Source of the DNA: Oscillospiraceae bacterium
Lineage (GTDB): Bacteria > Bacillota > Clostridia > Oscillospirales > UBA929
Direction of reading: 5' to 3'
Assembly (NCBI GenBank): GCA_031556185.1
Contig: JAVBTN010000004.1
Coordinates: 18,292-82,291, forward strand
DNA: 64,000 nt
Both the position numbers and the translations under genes were made by a program. Every line of letters starts with the position of its first letter. The stretch's first letter is position 1. Positions 20,064 through 30,139 of the stretch are shown piece after piece. Below the pieces are notes generated by a model, which worked only from the letters and a program-made list of their open reading frames with translations, was not told the DNA's origin and did no database searches.

Positions 20064-20977
20064 ATATGTCAGAAACTGTGACCGTCCGATATGCCCGTGC
20101 CGACGACACCCGGCAGGTCAAAACCCTGTGGGAAGCCTGCTTCCCCGGGGAAACGGCCTTTTCGGAGTACTTTTTCAAAAGCCTCTACCGACCGGAACAG
20201 GCACTGCTCAGCGTGCTGTCCGACGGTCGCCTGGGCGCCATGGTGCATATGTTGCCATACACGATGATGTGGCTGGATCAAGAGGTGCCGATGAGCTATG
20301 TGTATGGCGTCGGTACACACCCGGACTGCCGCCGCAGGGGGTTGGCCGCGGGACTGATGGAGCAGGCATTCTTTGAGATGCACTTGCGCGGCGTGTTGTT
20401 TTCGACGCTCATTCCACAGGAAGATTGGCTGTTTGACTTTTACCGGCCCTTCGGGTATGCTCCGGTGGCGTTTCAACCGCCGCGCGACTATGTGTTTGCG
20501 GCAACGCCACGGGCGGCCACATCGGCGGATATTCCGCAGCTTGACGCGTTGTATCGCCAGCACACGAAACACGCCGCGCACGTGATCCGTAACGATGAAC
20601 AGTGGCGGGCCATCCTGGAGGAGTGCGCGCTTGCGGGCGGCCGCGTGGTGCTCGACGGCGCGCAGGGCTACGCGGTGTATCCTGGACCGGATGCCGCGCC
20701 CACGGAATGCTTTGGCCCCGGCGCGCGGGAGACCGGCGCGGCGTGTCCCTTTGGATGCCTCCGTGTGGTGGAGGCCGATCGCGCCGTCGCGCTGGCGAGG
20801 CGAGCGGGCATGTCTGTGCCCGACGGGCGGCTACATGACCGGAGCGCGCCCTGGAACTATGGGACGCAGGACAGTCAAGCAGGGGCTCTTGCCAATGAGA
20901 AAGTGTTGGAGATGCATGAATTGGCAGAGATTCTTTTCTTTGAGAAGAATTTTTATATGCAACTTATGCACAACTAA
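20060..20977 (+). CDS. GNAT family N-acetyltransferase (Eis-like, two-domain)
   Basis: Acetyl-CoA pocket VYGVGTHPDCRRRGLAAGLMEQ. ATGA overlap with the DUF2156 gene. Confidence 0.65.
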   Translation: MNMSETVTVRYARADDTRQVKTLWEACFPGETAFSEYFFKSLYRPEQALLSVLSDGRLGAMVHMLPYTMMWLDQEVPMSYVYGVGTHPDCRRRGLAAGLMEQAFFEMHLRGVLFSTLIPQEDWLFDFYRPFGYAPVAFQPPRDYVFAATPRAATSADIPQLDALYRQHTKHAAHVIRNDEQWRAILEECALAGGRVVLDGAQGYAVYPGPDAAPTECFGPGARETGAACPFGCLRVVEADRAVALARRAGMSVPDGRLHDRSAPWNYGTQDSQAGALANEKVLEMHELAEILFFEKNFYMQLMHN

Positions 20978-21006
20978 ACCGGTCTGATGCGACTGGAAAA
21001 GAAAGG

Positions 21007-21582
21007 ATGCCCGCTATGGTGTATCTATTGCTGCCCGATGGATTTGAGGACATAGAGGCTGTCGCACCCATTGACATTTTGCGGCGCGCCGGCGTGCCGG
21101 TGACCACGGTGGGCCTAAATGGCCGGCCCGTTGTCTCGGCACACAATCTGACGGTCGAAGCCGATGCGACGCTGGCCGACGTGAAGCTCTCCGACATGGA
21201 TATGCTGGTTCTTCCGGGCGGCCCGGGCGTACAGAACTATCGAAAAAGCGAGGCGGCGCTCGCGTTGGTGAGAGATGCCGCCGCCGCGGAGAAGCTGATC
21301 GGCGCCATTTGCGCCGCGCCGACGGTGCTGGCTGAGCTTGGCTTGCTGCAAGGCCGCCGTGCCGTCTGCTTCCCCAGCTGTGAGGGCACCCTCGTGCGGC
21401 ATGGGGCGCACATCGAAACAGACAGACAGGTGACGCATGACCGCAACCTGATCACGGCCCGCGCGGCCGGATCGGCCGTCGAGTTTGCGCTCAAGCTGGT
21501 GGCCATGCTCCGGGGCTGGACGGCCTCCGAGTCTGTCAGGGCATCCATCTATTACGAAGGGCACGACAGGGCACTGACGTGA
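21007..21582 (+). CDS. DJ-1/PfpI family protein
   Basis: Nucleophile elbow GAICAAP. Typical ~190-aa size. ATG 21016 is an alternative start. Confidence 0.8.
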   Translation: MPAMVYLLLPDGFEDIEAVAPIDILRRAGVPVTTVGLNGRPVVSAHNLTVEADATLADVKLSDMDMLVLPGGPGVQNYRKSEAALALVRDAAAAEKLIGAICAAPTVLAELGLLQGRRAVCFPSCEGTLVRHGAHIETDRQVTHDRNLITARAAGSAVEFALKLVAMLRGWTASESVRASIYYEGHDRALT

Positions 21583-21591
21583 CGGTTTGAT

Positions 21592-22221
21592 ATGTCGCCA
21601 ATGAGGGAAGAAAAACGCGCGGATCGCTTGCGCGTTATGCAGCTGTACCAGCAAAGAACGCCCCGGGAATTGGCGGAACAGGACGCCGCGCTGTGGGCGC
21701 GCTTGCGGTCTTGGCTTCCCTATGCGGAGGCGGGTAGCGTTTTTCTGTACGCAGGCGCGGCGTGGGAACCGAACACCCGCGTGATCGCGGAGGACGTTTT
21801 GGCACGAGGCGTACCGCTGGGGTTTCCGCTGTGCTGCGCCGACAGGCATATGGTAGTCAGGCGCGTGCGAAACTGGGCAGAACTTGAAAGCGGGCCTCAT
21901 GGTGTTTTGCAGCCGCCGCCCACGGCGCCGCTGATGTCCGTGGATGAAATCGCGCTGACCATCGTGCCGGCGATGGCGTTTGACAGGCAGGGGCACCGCC
22001 TCGGACGGGGCGGAGGGTTCTATGATCGTTTTTTAAAGACATACGGCGGCCTGACCGCCGGGCTGTGCCGGTCGTTTCTGTTGTTTGACCGGGTGCCGCA
22101 GTCCGATTGGGATCGGCCGGTTGACGCGGTTTTGACCGAATCGGAAACACTGTTGTTTGTGAGAAGTGAGTGTCCGTCGCAAAATGAGATGGATTTGCGC
22201 GGGCTTGTCCACAGAGAGTGA
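21592..22221 (+). CDS. 5-formyltetrahydrofolate cyclo-ligase
   Basis: Signature GHRLGRGGGFYDRFL. Confidence 0.8.
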   Translation: MSPMREEKRADRLRVMQLYQQRTPRELAEQDAALWARLRSWLPYAEAGSVFLYAGAAWEPNTRVIAEDVLARGVPLGFPLCCADRHMVVRRVRNWAELESGPHGVLQPPPTAPLMSVDEIALTIVPAMAFDRQGHRLGRGGGFYDRFLKTYGGLTAGLCRSFLLFDRVPQSDWDRPVDAVLTESETLLFVRSECPSQNEMDLRGLVHRE

Positions 22222-22234
22222 ACGCACAAGGGAA

Positions 22235-22255
22235 AAGCGGGGGAACCCCCCGCTT
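22235..22255. terminator. GC hairpin between convergent genes (the T-run lies on the minus strand)
   Basis: Stem aagcggggg / cccccgctt with a 3-nt loop. Read on the minus strand it is followed by ttttcccttg. Confidence 0.5.
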
Positions 22256-22299
22256 ATAGAAGAAACGTTCAAATTTGTTTATGTGTTGTGTAGCCGAAT

Positions 22300-22383
22300 T
22301 TAGTTGCAGCAGCAGCACAGGACCACGATGATCAGAACGATCCAAATCAAGCAATCGTTATCGAACAATTCTTTAAAGCACAT
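22300..22383 (-). CDS. 27-aa hydrophobic Cys-rich micro-protein (MCFKELFDNDCLIWIVLIIVVLCCCCN)
   Basis: ATG at 22383 is preceded by GTGAGGTGA at about 5 nt. TAA at 22300-22302. A hairpin with T-run lies downstream. It is below the size cut-off of the ORF track. Confidence 0.45.
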   Translation of the reverse strand: MCFKELFDNDCLIWIVLIIVVLCCCCN

Positions 22384-22503
22384 GGGGTTCACCTCACTTG
22401 TTAATGTCTGATTCATATTATGACGGCAGGACAGTGGGTGTTACAGTGATAATAAGCAAAATGTAGCATTTTGATGATATCTACGTATTAAGGAGTTGAG
22501 TCC

Positions 22504-23640
22504 ATGTCCCAGCATCAGGGGAATCAAAACCCCCGACCCTCCTCGGGAGGGCAACGTCCCCCACAGAAAAGACCGCCCGCGCAGGCCAAAAAAAGAGCCC
22601 ATACGGGGTGCCTGTCCGGCGTGTTGTACTTCTTTTTTGTCATTGGGCTTTCCGCCCTGTTGGCCGGAGGCATTTGGATGGCCGCCAATGAGGTGCTCGG
22701 TCTGTCCAAGCAGCCCGGCCAGGTTAACATTGAAATCAAAGAGGGAGAGTCCATTGCCGACATCACGGACACGCTGAAGGCAAAAGGCGTAATACAGTAT
22801 CCCTGGCTGTTTAAACTGTACGCCAATGTATCCAAAGCCGAAGAAAAAATTGTGCCCGGCGCCTATGTGCTCGAGACCAATTTGGACTATATGGCCATTG
22901 TGGGCGCGATGAAGAAGAACTCCCAATACCGCGCCATTGTCAAAGTGACCATTCCGGAAGGGTTCACGCTTAAAGAGATCTTTGCCAGGCTGGAAGAAAA
23001 CAGGGTGTGCACGACCAAAGACCTGTGGACAGTCGCCCGTGAACACGAGTTTAGTTACAGCTATTTGAAAGAGTTGCCCAAAACAGACAACCGCCTGGAA
23101 GGGTATCTGTTCCCCGACACCTACGAGTTTTATGTCAATGAGAACCCGGTGGACGTCATCAGCAAAATGCTGGCCATCTTTGACCGCAAGCTGACCGCCG
23201 ACATGCGCCAGCAGGCCGAGGCCATGGAGATGAGCATCCATGAGGTGGTGACACTGGCCTCCATGATTGAGCGAGAAGCGGCCAACGCCGAAGAGGCGCC
23301 GACGATTTCTTCGGTCATTCACAACCGGTTGCGTAGCGACAAATTCCCCTACCTGCAAATTGACGCGACCATTTTATACGCGCTGCCCGCGCACAAAACG
23401 GCGCTTTCCAGTGAAGATATGGATATCGACAGCCCGTACAACACATATCTGTACGAAGGACTGCCGCCCGGGCCGATCTGCTCGCCCGGAAAATCGTCGC
23501 TGATGGCGGCGGTGGATCCGGACGACACCGGCTATTACTTCTACGCGGTCAACAAAGAGGGCAAGCACCAGTTCTCTAAGACAAAAGCCGAGCACGACAA
23601 GGTGGTACAAGAGGCCAAGGCGGCCAAAGCAAATGGCTGA
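22504..23640 (+). CDS. mltG: Endolytic murein transglycosylase (YceG-like)
   Basis: Basic N-terminus plus one TM. Catalytic region SPYNTYLYEGLPPGPICSPG. Confidence 0.85.
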   Translation: MSQHQGNQNPRPSSGGQRPPQKRPPAQAKKRAHTGCLSGVLYFFFVIGLSALLAGGIWMAANEVLGLSKQPGQVNIEIKEGESIADITDTLKAKGVIQYPWLFKLYANVSKAEEKIVPGAYVLETNLDYMAIVGAMKKNSQYRAIVKVTIPEGFTLKEIFARLEENRVCTTKDLWTVAREHEFSYSYLKELPKTDNRLEGYLFPDTYEFYVNENPVDVISKMLAIFDRKLTADMRQQAEAMEMSIHEVVTLASMIEREAANAEEAPTISSVIHNRLRSDKFPYLQIDATILYALPAHKTALSSEDMDIDSPYNTYLYEGLPPGPICSPGKSSLMAAVDPDDTGYYFYAVNKEGKHQFSKTKAEHDKVVQEAKAAKANG

Positions 23641-23682
23641 GGACTCATTTTTTTCCGCCAGCCGATGAGGAGGGAGAACCAT

Positions 23683-26325
23683 ATGCAATCGATGGGACTC
23701 AATGAAATTAGAGAAAAATTCCTGTCCTTTTTTGAGAGCAAAGATCACCTGAGGCTGCCCAGCTTCCCGCTGGTGCCGCAGGGCGACGCGTCTCTGTTGC
23801 TGATCAATTCGGGCATGGCGCCGCTCAAGCCCTACTTTTCGGGGGAGGTCACACCGCCGCGCGTGCGCGTCACCACCTGCCAGAAGTGCATCCGTACGCC
23901 CGATATTGAGCGGGTGGGCCAGACGTCGCGCCACGGCACATTTTTTGAAATGCTGGGCAACTTTTCATTCGGGGACTACTTCAAACGGGAGGCGGCCCGG
24001 TGGGCGTGGGAGTTTTGCACGCAGGTGATGGAAATGCCGCCGGAAAAGCTGCATATATCCGTGTATCTAGACGACGACGAGGCGTTTGACATTTGGACAA
24101 AAGAAGTCGGTATCGACCCGTCTCACATGGTGAGGCTCGGTAAGGCGGACAACTTCTGGGAGATTGGCGCCGGGCCCTGCGGCCCTTGCTCCGAGATCTA
24201 TTTTGACCGTGGAGAGGAAAACGGCTGCGGCAGCCCCAACTGCAAAGTCGGCTGTGACTGCGATCGTTACGTGGAGTTTTGGAACCTGGTGTTCACGCAG
24301 TTTAACAACGACGGTCAGGGCAACTATACGCCGCTGGCCCAGAAAAACATTGACACGGGCATGGGCTTGGAGCGGCTGGCCTGCATCATGCAGGGGGTGG
24401 ACAACCTGTTTGAGGTCGACACCATACAGCGCATTCGGGCGCATATTTCGGAGATTACCGGCGTGCCGTATCACCGCGACGAAAAGAGTGACATTTCCCT
24501 GCGCATCATCACCGACCACATCCGTTCGACAACCATGATGGTCTGCGACGGCGTGCTGCCCTCCAACGAGGGCAGAGGTTATGTGCTGCGCCGACTGCTG
24601 CGCCGCGCCGCGCGTCACGGGAGATTGCTCGGATTGAAGCGCCCGTTTCTGTTTGAAGTCTGCCGGACGGTGATTGAAAACAGCGGGCAGGCATATCCCG
24701 CGCTGTATGAAAAAGCTGAGCACATTGGCCGCGTGATCCGCATGGAAGAAGAGCGGTTTGAAAAGACGATTGATGCCGGTTTGGGTCTTTTGCGCGAGGC
24801 CATTGGCGACCTGCGCGCGCTGGGTCTGACGGAGATGCCGGGTGAGCACAGCTTTAAGCTCTATGACACATTTGGGTTTCCCATTGACCTCACGCTGGAA
24901 ATTTTACAAGAGGAAGGTCTGACGCTCGACAGGCCGACCTTTGACAGACTCATGAGCGAGCAGCGCACCCGGGCGCGTTCCGCCCGCGCCGCCATGGGCG
25001 ACTTTGGCTGGACGTCTCTCGAACTTGGACTGGACCGTGACAGTAAGACGGTTTTTACGGGCTACGACAAGACGGCAGGGCAGGGCACGGTGCTGGTCAT
25101 TGCCGTTGAGGAGGGGCTCCAGGAGCGCGCCTCCGAAGGGGAGACGGTGAGCGTCGTGCTCGATGAAACGCCGTTTTACGCCGAAAGCGGCGGACAAGTG
25201 GCCGACATAGGCCGGCTGGTCTCCGACAATGCTATTTTTTCGGTCAATGATGTGCGCCGTACCAAGGACGGAAAAGTGTTGCACATCGGCGAGGTCATTT
25301 CGGGAGAACTGACAAAAGGCGAAACGGTTCGCGCCGAAGTCGACGAGGCACGGCGGAGCGCCATTCAGCGCGCGCATTCGGCCACCCATATGCTGCACAG
25401 CGCACTGCGCCAGGTGCTGGGAGAACATGTTGAACAGGCCGGCTCTCTGGTGGAACCGGATCGGCTGCGGTTTGACTTTACCCATTACGCTGCGGTGACG
25501 CCCGAACAGCTCAACGACATTGAGGCGCGCGTCAACCGCATGGCGCTCACCACTACCCCGATCACCGTGCGCGAGATGTCCATGGAGGACGCCAAAGCTT
25601 TGGGCGCGATGGCACTCTTCGGAGAAAAATATGGGGACTTGGTTCGTGTTGTCCAGATGGGCGATCTGTCTGTGGAGCTTTGCGGAGGCACACACCTGAC
25701 CAATTCGGCCGGCGTGGGGTCCTTCTCGCTGAGAGCAGAGTCGTCCGTGGCCGCGGGCGTGCGGCGCATCGAGGCGCACACCGGCCTGCTGGTACTCGAG
25801 GACGCCCACGTGATGTCGGGGCTGATTTCCGAGCTGGCGGCGCAGCTGAAGAGCCGTCCGCATGAGCTGGTGCGCAAAACCGAGCAAGTTGTGTCTGAAC
25901 TGCGCACCATGCAGCGCGAGCTGGAAAAGCTGCGGGCCGGCTCTCTGCAAGACGATGTTGGCCGCTTCCTGGTTTCGGCGCGTGAGCTCAAGGGCCTTAA
26001 GGTGTTCACGGCGCTCCGGGAGAACACCAATATCGAAACGCTGCGCCAAATGGGCGACTTCTTGCGTGACAAAGAGCCCAATATTGTGGCGGTTCTGTGC
26101 GCCACGGCCGAGGAGAAAATTACCTTCCTGGCGGTTTGCGGGGCCAACGCAGTGTCACGCGGGGTGCGCGCCGGCGATATCATCAAAGAGGTCTGCAAAA
26201 CGACAGGCGGCTCCGGCGGCGGTCGTCCCGAAAGCGCCATGGGCGGCGGGCGGGATATATTGAAGGTGGACGACGCGCTGGCGCTGGTGGATGAACTGGT
26301 CGACCGCGCGGTCAAGCCGGCCTGA
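23683..26325 (+). CDS. alaS: Alanine--tRNA ligase
   Basis: Motifs FFEMLGNFSFGDYFK, editing-site HSATHMLH and the C-terminal GGG...GGG motif. ATG 23683 follows GAGGAGGGAG. Confidence 0.95.
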   Translation: MQSMGLNEIREKFLSFFESKDHLRLPSFPLVPQGDASLLLINSGMAPLKPYFSGEVTPPRVRVTTCQKCIRTPDIERVGQTSRHGTFFEMLGNFSFGDYFKREAARWAWEFCTQVMEMPPEKLHISVYLDDDEAFDIWTKEVGIDPSHMVRLGKADNFWEIGAGPCGPCSEIYFDRGEENGCGSPNCKVGCDCDRYVEFWNLVFTQFNNDGQGNYTPLAQKNIDTGMGLERLACIMQGVDNLFEVDTIQRIRAHISEITGVPYHRDEKSDISLRIITDHIRSTTMMVCDGVLPSNEGRGYVLRRLLRRAARHGRLLGLKRPFLFEVCRTVIENSGQAYPALYEKAEHIGRVIRMEEERFEKTIDAGLGLLREAIGDLRALGLTEMPGEHSFKLYDTFGFPIDLTLEILQEEGLTLDRPTFDRLMSEQRTRARSARAAMGDFGWTSLELGLDRDSKTVFTGYDKTAGQGTVLVIAVEEGLQERASEGETVSVVLDETPFYAESGGQVADIGRLVSDNAIFSVNDVRRTKDGKVLHIGEVISGELTKGETVRAEVDEARRSAIQRAHSATHMLHSALRQVLGEHVEQAGSLVEPDRLRFDFTHYAAVTPEQLNDIEARVNRMALTTTPITVREMSMEDAKALGAMALFGEKYGDLVRVVQMGDLSVELCGGTHLTNSAGVGSFSLRAESSVAAGVRRIEAHTGLLVLEDAHVMSGLISELAAQLKSRPHELVRKTEQVVSELRTMQRELEKLRAGSLQDDVGRFLVSARELKGLKVFTALRENTNIETLRQMGDFLRDKEPNIVAVLCATAEEKITFLAVCGANAVSRGVRAGDIIKEVCKTTGGSGGGRPESAMGGGRDILKVDDALALVDELVDRAVKPA

Positions 26326-26416
26326 GACAAAACACGCCGCAGCGCATGTGCTAACACTGAGAAATACGATATGGCGGCCCCTGCGCCGCCTATCTGTCTT
26401 TGAGGGGGGCGTTATC

Positions 26417-26755
26417 ATGGACTGCATCTTTTGCCGTATCGCGGCCGGGGACATCCCCGCCACCAAGGCGTATGAAGACGAATGGGTGACTGCCTTTTAC
26501 GACATCTCACCTGCGGCGCCCACACACATTTTGGTCATTCCCAAGCAACATATTCCTTCGGCGGCGGCGCTCGGCGCCGAGCACGCCGAACTGCTCGGGC
26601 GTATCTTCTCGGTCATCGCCCGGTTGGCCAAAGAACTTGCGCTGGACGCGGGTTTCCGTATTGTGAGCAATGTGGGCGAGCTGGCGGGCCAATCGGTGCC
26701 ACACCTTCACTTCCACGTATTGGCGGGCCGCGCGTTGGCCTGGCCGCCAGGCTGA
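26417..26755 (+). CDS. HIT family (histidine triad) protein
   Basis: Starts MDCIFCRI after GAGGGGGG. Histidine triad HLHFHVL. Confidence 0.85.
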   Translation: MDCIFCRIAAGDIPATKAYEDEWVTAFYDISPAAPTHILVIPKQHIPSAAALGAEHAELLGRIFSVIARLAKELALDAGFRIVSNVGELAGQSVPHLHFHVLAGRALAWPPG

Positions 26756-26765
26756 TTGTGAACCG

Positions 26766-29042
26766 ATGACGAAACGTCCGTTGTGCGCGGCGGCATTCTC
26801 ATTTGCGGGCGCGCTGACGCTGGCGCGGTATCTGCTGCCGCCGTCGGCGTACCTGGCGGCCGCGCTTGTGGGGGTGGCCGCCGGACTGATTGCCCTGTCA
26901 GTGGCATATGCTACAAACAACAAAAAGATACCTCATACCGCCGCCCTTGTCTGTTTGGCATTGGCGGCGGGATTTGCTTGGCGCCTGGGATACGACGCCC
27001 TGTATACAGCGCCGTCCGTTTCTTGGGACAACGAGACGGCGGCGCTGCAAGCGCAGGCGGAGAGCTTCGCGGTGGCAACGCCGTACGGCGTCAAAATCAC
27101 AGCGCGGGTGACGCTGCCGGACGGTGCGCACGCCCGCGCGATCATCTTCTTCGACGAGACGCTTGACATTCAGCCGGGCGATGCGCTGTCCTTTACGGGT
27201 CTCTGCACGGCGCCCGCACCGGGGACGACCGGCGATGCGCTGTCCTACGACCGCACGCGCGGCGTCACCATGCGGGTGAGTCGTGTGAAAGCGCCGGCAC
27301 GGACGCGACCGGCGTTCACGGCCCTGCCGTATTGGCCGGCGCACTGGGCGCATACGGTGCGGACAGGGTTGTCGGGCGCCCTGCCGGACAGGCAAGCGGT
27401 ACTGGCAGGAGCGCTTCTCACAGGCGAGAAGTCCGGCTTGACCCATGCTTTTCGGGAGGCAATGAGTGACACCGGAACGGCGCACACCGTTGCTGTGTCC
27501 GGACTGCATGTGTCTTTTCTGGTGGGTTTGATCTTGCTGCTCGTGGGCAACCGGCGGCGCGCGTTCTGGGTGGCTTTGCCGGTTGTGCTGCTGTTTGTCG
27601 CCATGGCTGGCTTTCCCGCCTCGGCGGTGCGCGCCGCTGTCATGCAGGGCTGCCTGCTAATGTCCTATGTCCTGGGCAGAGAGGCGGACGGACTTTCGGC
27701 GCTGTCGCTGGCGCTGCTTGGCATTGTCGCGCTGAATCCGCACGCGGTCGGGGACATCGGACTGCAGCTCTCCTTTGCCTCCGCGCTGGGTCTGATCCTG
27801 TTTGGCAATCGGTTTGCCTCCGCGCTGCGAAATCTGCTGCCGAAAAAGCTGCCGACCGTGTTAAACCGGTACATCACTGGCACGGTGGCGGCATCGCTGT
27901 CCGTGATTGTGTTTTCGCAGCCGCTGGTTGCGGCGCACTTTGGCACATGGAGCCTCATATCGCCGCTGGCCAATTTGTTGACGCTCTGGTTGGTGTCGGT
28001 CTGCTTTTTGGGCAGTCTAGCCGTGGCTGCCATTTCCCTGCTATGGCCGCTGGCAGCCACAGTTCTGGGATTCCTGTTGAGTCCTCTGTTGGTTTCGTTC
28101 GAGGGCCTTGTTGTAACGTTGGCAAAGATACCTTTTGCCTCGCTCCGGATGACCAGCCCCTACTTTCTCTTTTGGGGCGTCCTGGCCTACGCCACGCTTT
28201 GGCTGTATATCCTGTGGCCGCGGGCAGAGGGGGAGAGGCACCGCGCGTTGGTTTCGCTGGGCGTGACAACCACCACACTTGTGATGGCTGTGGCGCTCTC
28301 CTGTGTGCAGCCTGAGCCGCTGCGCATCGAGATTCTCGACGTTGGGCAGGGGCAGGCTGTCCTGCTGTTTACCCCAACGCAAACGGCCCTGTTGGACTGC
28401 GGCGGTTCGGGGCCGGAGGTCTCCCGGCAGGTGACCGATATGCTTAAAAGCGTGGGCCGCACGCGGATTGACCTGTTGGCGCTGACACATTGCCACACGG
28501 ATCACGCCGGAGGCGTACTGTCCCTGATGGACATGATCGATGTGGCGCATGTGGCGGTACCCGCGGTAGACAGTGAGGGCTCCGATCTGCGCGGAGTGAT
28601 CCTGGATACTGCGCGGCAGCATGGAATTCCCATTACTGAGATTGATAAAACGACACTCTGGCCCATGGGGACGGCCACGCTGACGCTCTATCCGCCGCTG
28701 GGACTGACAGAGGAAAACGAGATGTCCATGGCCATGTTGGCGGAGACGGGCGATTTTGACTTCTTGCTGACCGGCGACATGAGTGGCGCCATGGAGCGCG
28801 CGCTGCTGCGGCGGGAGAATTTGCCCGACATCGAAGTGCTGCTGGCGGGGCATCATGGATCCAAATTGGCCACCTCCAACGGCCTGTTAACGGCGCTGAC
28901 ACCGGAGGTGTCGGTCATATCGGTTGGGCAAAATCGCTATGGGCACCCAAGCCTAGAGACGCTGGATCGACTGGATGCACACGGTGTGAATGTATTTCGC
29001 ACAGATGAGAATGGTCGGGTGCGCATTGTTGTGGGCGGATAA
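26766..29042 (+). CDS. comEC: DNA internalization competence protein ComEC/Rec2
   Basis: Multi-TM competence domain plus a C-terminal metallo-beta-lactamase (LTHCHTDHAGG). Followed by holA, as in Bacillus. Confidence 0.8.
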   Translation: MTKRPLCAAAFSFAGALTLARYLLPPSAYLAAALVGVAAGLIALSVAYATNNKKIPHTAALVCLALAAGFAWRLGYDALYTAPSVSWDNETAALQAQAESFAVATPYGVKITARVTLPDGAHARAIIFFDETLDIQPGDALSFTGLCTAPAPGTTGDALSYDRTRGVTMRVSRVKAPARTRPAFTALPYWPAHWAHTVRTGLSGALPDRQAVLAGALLTGEKSGLTHAFREAMSDTGTAHTVAVSGLHVSFLVGLILLLVGNRRRAFWVALPVVLLFVAMAGFPASAVRAAVMQGCLLMSYVLGREADGLSALSLALLGIVALNPHAVGDIGLQLSFASALGLILFGNRFASALRNLLPKKLPTVLNRYITGTVAASLSVIVFSQPLVAAHFGTWSLISPLANLLTLWLVSVCFLGSLAVAAISLLWPLAATVLGFLLSPLLVSFEGLVVTLAKIPFASLRMTSPYFLFWGVLAYATLWLYILWPRAEGERHRALVSLGVTTTTLVMAVALSCVQPEPLRIEILDVGQGQAVLLFTPTQTALLDCGGSGPEVSRQVTDMLKSVGRTRIDLLALTHCHTDHAGGVLSLMDMIDVAHVAVPAVDSEGSDLRGVILDTARQHGIPITEIDKTTLWPMGTATLTLYPPLGLTEENEMSMAMLAETGDFDFLLTGDMSGAMERALLRRENLPDIEVLLAGHHGSKLATSNGLLTALTPEVSVISVGQNRYGHPSLETLDRLDAHGVNVFRTDENGRVRIVVGG

Positions 29043-29101
29043 AAGCATCAAGCGCCCAAATCGTACAGTATGACGCCGAATGGCGGAACGGATGAGACAA
29101 A

Positions 29102-30139
29102 ATGAAAGCAAAAGATACGGGACTCATCGCGCTCAAACAAGCGCTCAAGGAAGGCCGGTTGGAACGGCTATATGTGTTTTACGGTCAGGAGAGCTATTTG
29201 CGGCAGTACTACCTGGCGCAGATGAAGCAATCTATTGTGCCGCAAGATCTTGAGGGATTCAACTACGAATATCTTGAGGCGCGCGGGCTGACGGCCGACC
29301 GGCTGACTGAGGCTGTTGAAGGGTTGCCGGCCTTTGCGGAGCGCAAGCTGGTCGTGGTGCGTGATGTGGATGTTTTTAAGCCTGGCGAAAGCCTTAAGCC
29401 GGCGCTGGAGCGCCTGCTGGGCGATCTGCCGGAGAAAGTTTGCCTCGTATTTGTGTATGACACCATTCCTTATAAGGCCGACGCGCGCACAAAAATGTAC
29501 GCTCAGATTGCCAAGGTGGGGTGTCTTGTGGAGTTTGCGCCGCAACAGACGCACGATCTCATCCCGTGGATGACGCGGCACTTTTCGGCACAGGGAAAAC
29601 GCATTGACCGGCCGTTGTGCGAATACCTCATCTTCCAGTGTGGCGATTTAATGTCCGGACTCAAGTCGGAAATTGACAAATTGGCTGCTTACGCGCCAAA
29701 AACGGAGGTCACTAAGGAGGATATTGACGCGGTGGTTACCCCTGTTCTCGATGCGGTGGCCTATCAAATGACCGACGCCATTGCCGAGCGACGATGGGAG
29801 CAGGCCATGTGTGTGCTGCTGACGCTGCGCGAAATGCGGGAAGAACCTGTGGCCCTGATGGCCGCGTTGGGACGCAGTTTGCGCGGTTTGTATGCCGCGC
29901 GGGCCGCCCGCGCGGCGGGGAAGGACGCGCGGGCCGTTATGCAAGTGATGGGTTTCCGCTCCACCTACCCGGCGGAACGGCTGATGCACGCGGCGCGGGG
30001 CCGGTCGCTGGCCTGGTGCCGCCGGGCGGTGTCGTTGTCCGCGCAGGTGGATTTATCGCTGAAAACGGCGGCCGGACGGGGCGACAGAAGCCGACAGATC
30101 GAATGGCTCATCGCCTGCCTGGCGGAGGAGGCCCAATGA
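29102..30139 (+). CDS. holA: DNA polymerase III subunit delta
   Basis: 345 aa. N-terminal YVFYGQESYL. Conserved position after comEC. Confidence 0.75.
   Translation: MKAKDTGLIALKQALKEGRLERLYVFYGQESYLRQYYLAQMKQSIVPQDLEGFNYEYLEARGLTADRLTEAVEGLPAFAERKLVVVRDVDVFKPGESLKPALERLLGDLPEKVCLVFVYDTIPYKADARTKMYAQIAKVGCLVEFAPQQTHDLIPWMTRHFSAQGKRIDRPLCEYLIFQCGDLMSGLKSEIDKLAAYAPKTEVTKEDIDAVVTPVLDAVAYQMTDAIAERRWEQAMCVLLTLREMREEPVALMAALGRSLRGLYAARAARAAGKDARAVMQVMGFRSTYPAERLMHAARGRSLAWCRRAVSLSAQVDLSLKTAAGRGDRSRQIEWLIACLAEEAQ

Noticed and set aside
23641-23682. A T-box leader upstream of alaS.
   Set aside because: Only 42 nt separate mltG and alaS, which is far too short for a T-box. alaS is probably co-transcribed with mltG.
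26373-26390. A short ggcggc/gccgcc hairpin after alaS as a terminator.
   Set aside because: The stem is only 6 bp and the T-tract is weak and interrupted, which is too weak to call.
29794-30135. A 114-codon N-terminal extension of the toprim-domain ORF overlapping holA. Similar upstream extensions appear in the ORF track for 46190..47665, 54389..55729, 55736..57052, 39069..40274, 41078..42316, 26291..26755, 26670..29042 and 35482..36279.
   Set aside because: The extensions overlap well-supported upstream genes or lack an RBS. Internal ATG/GTG codons with GGAGG-type sites or ATGA coupling give N-termini typical of each family.
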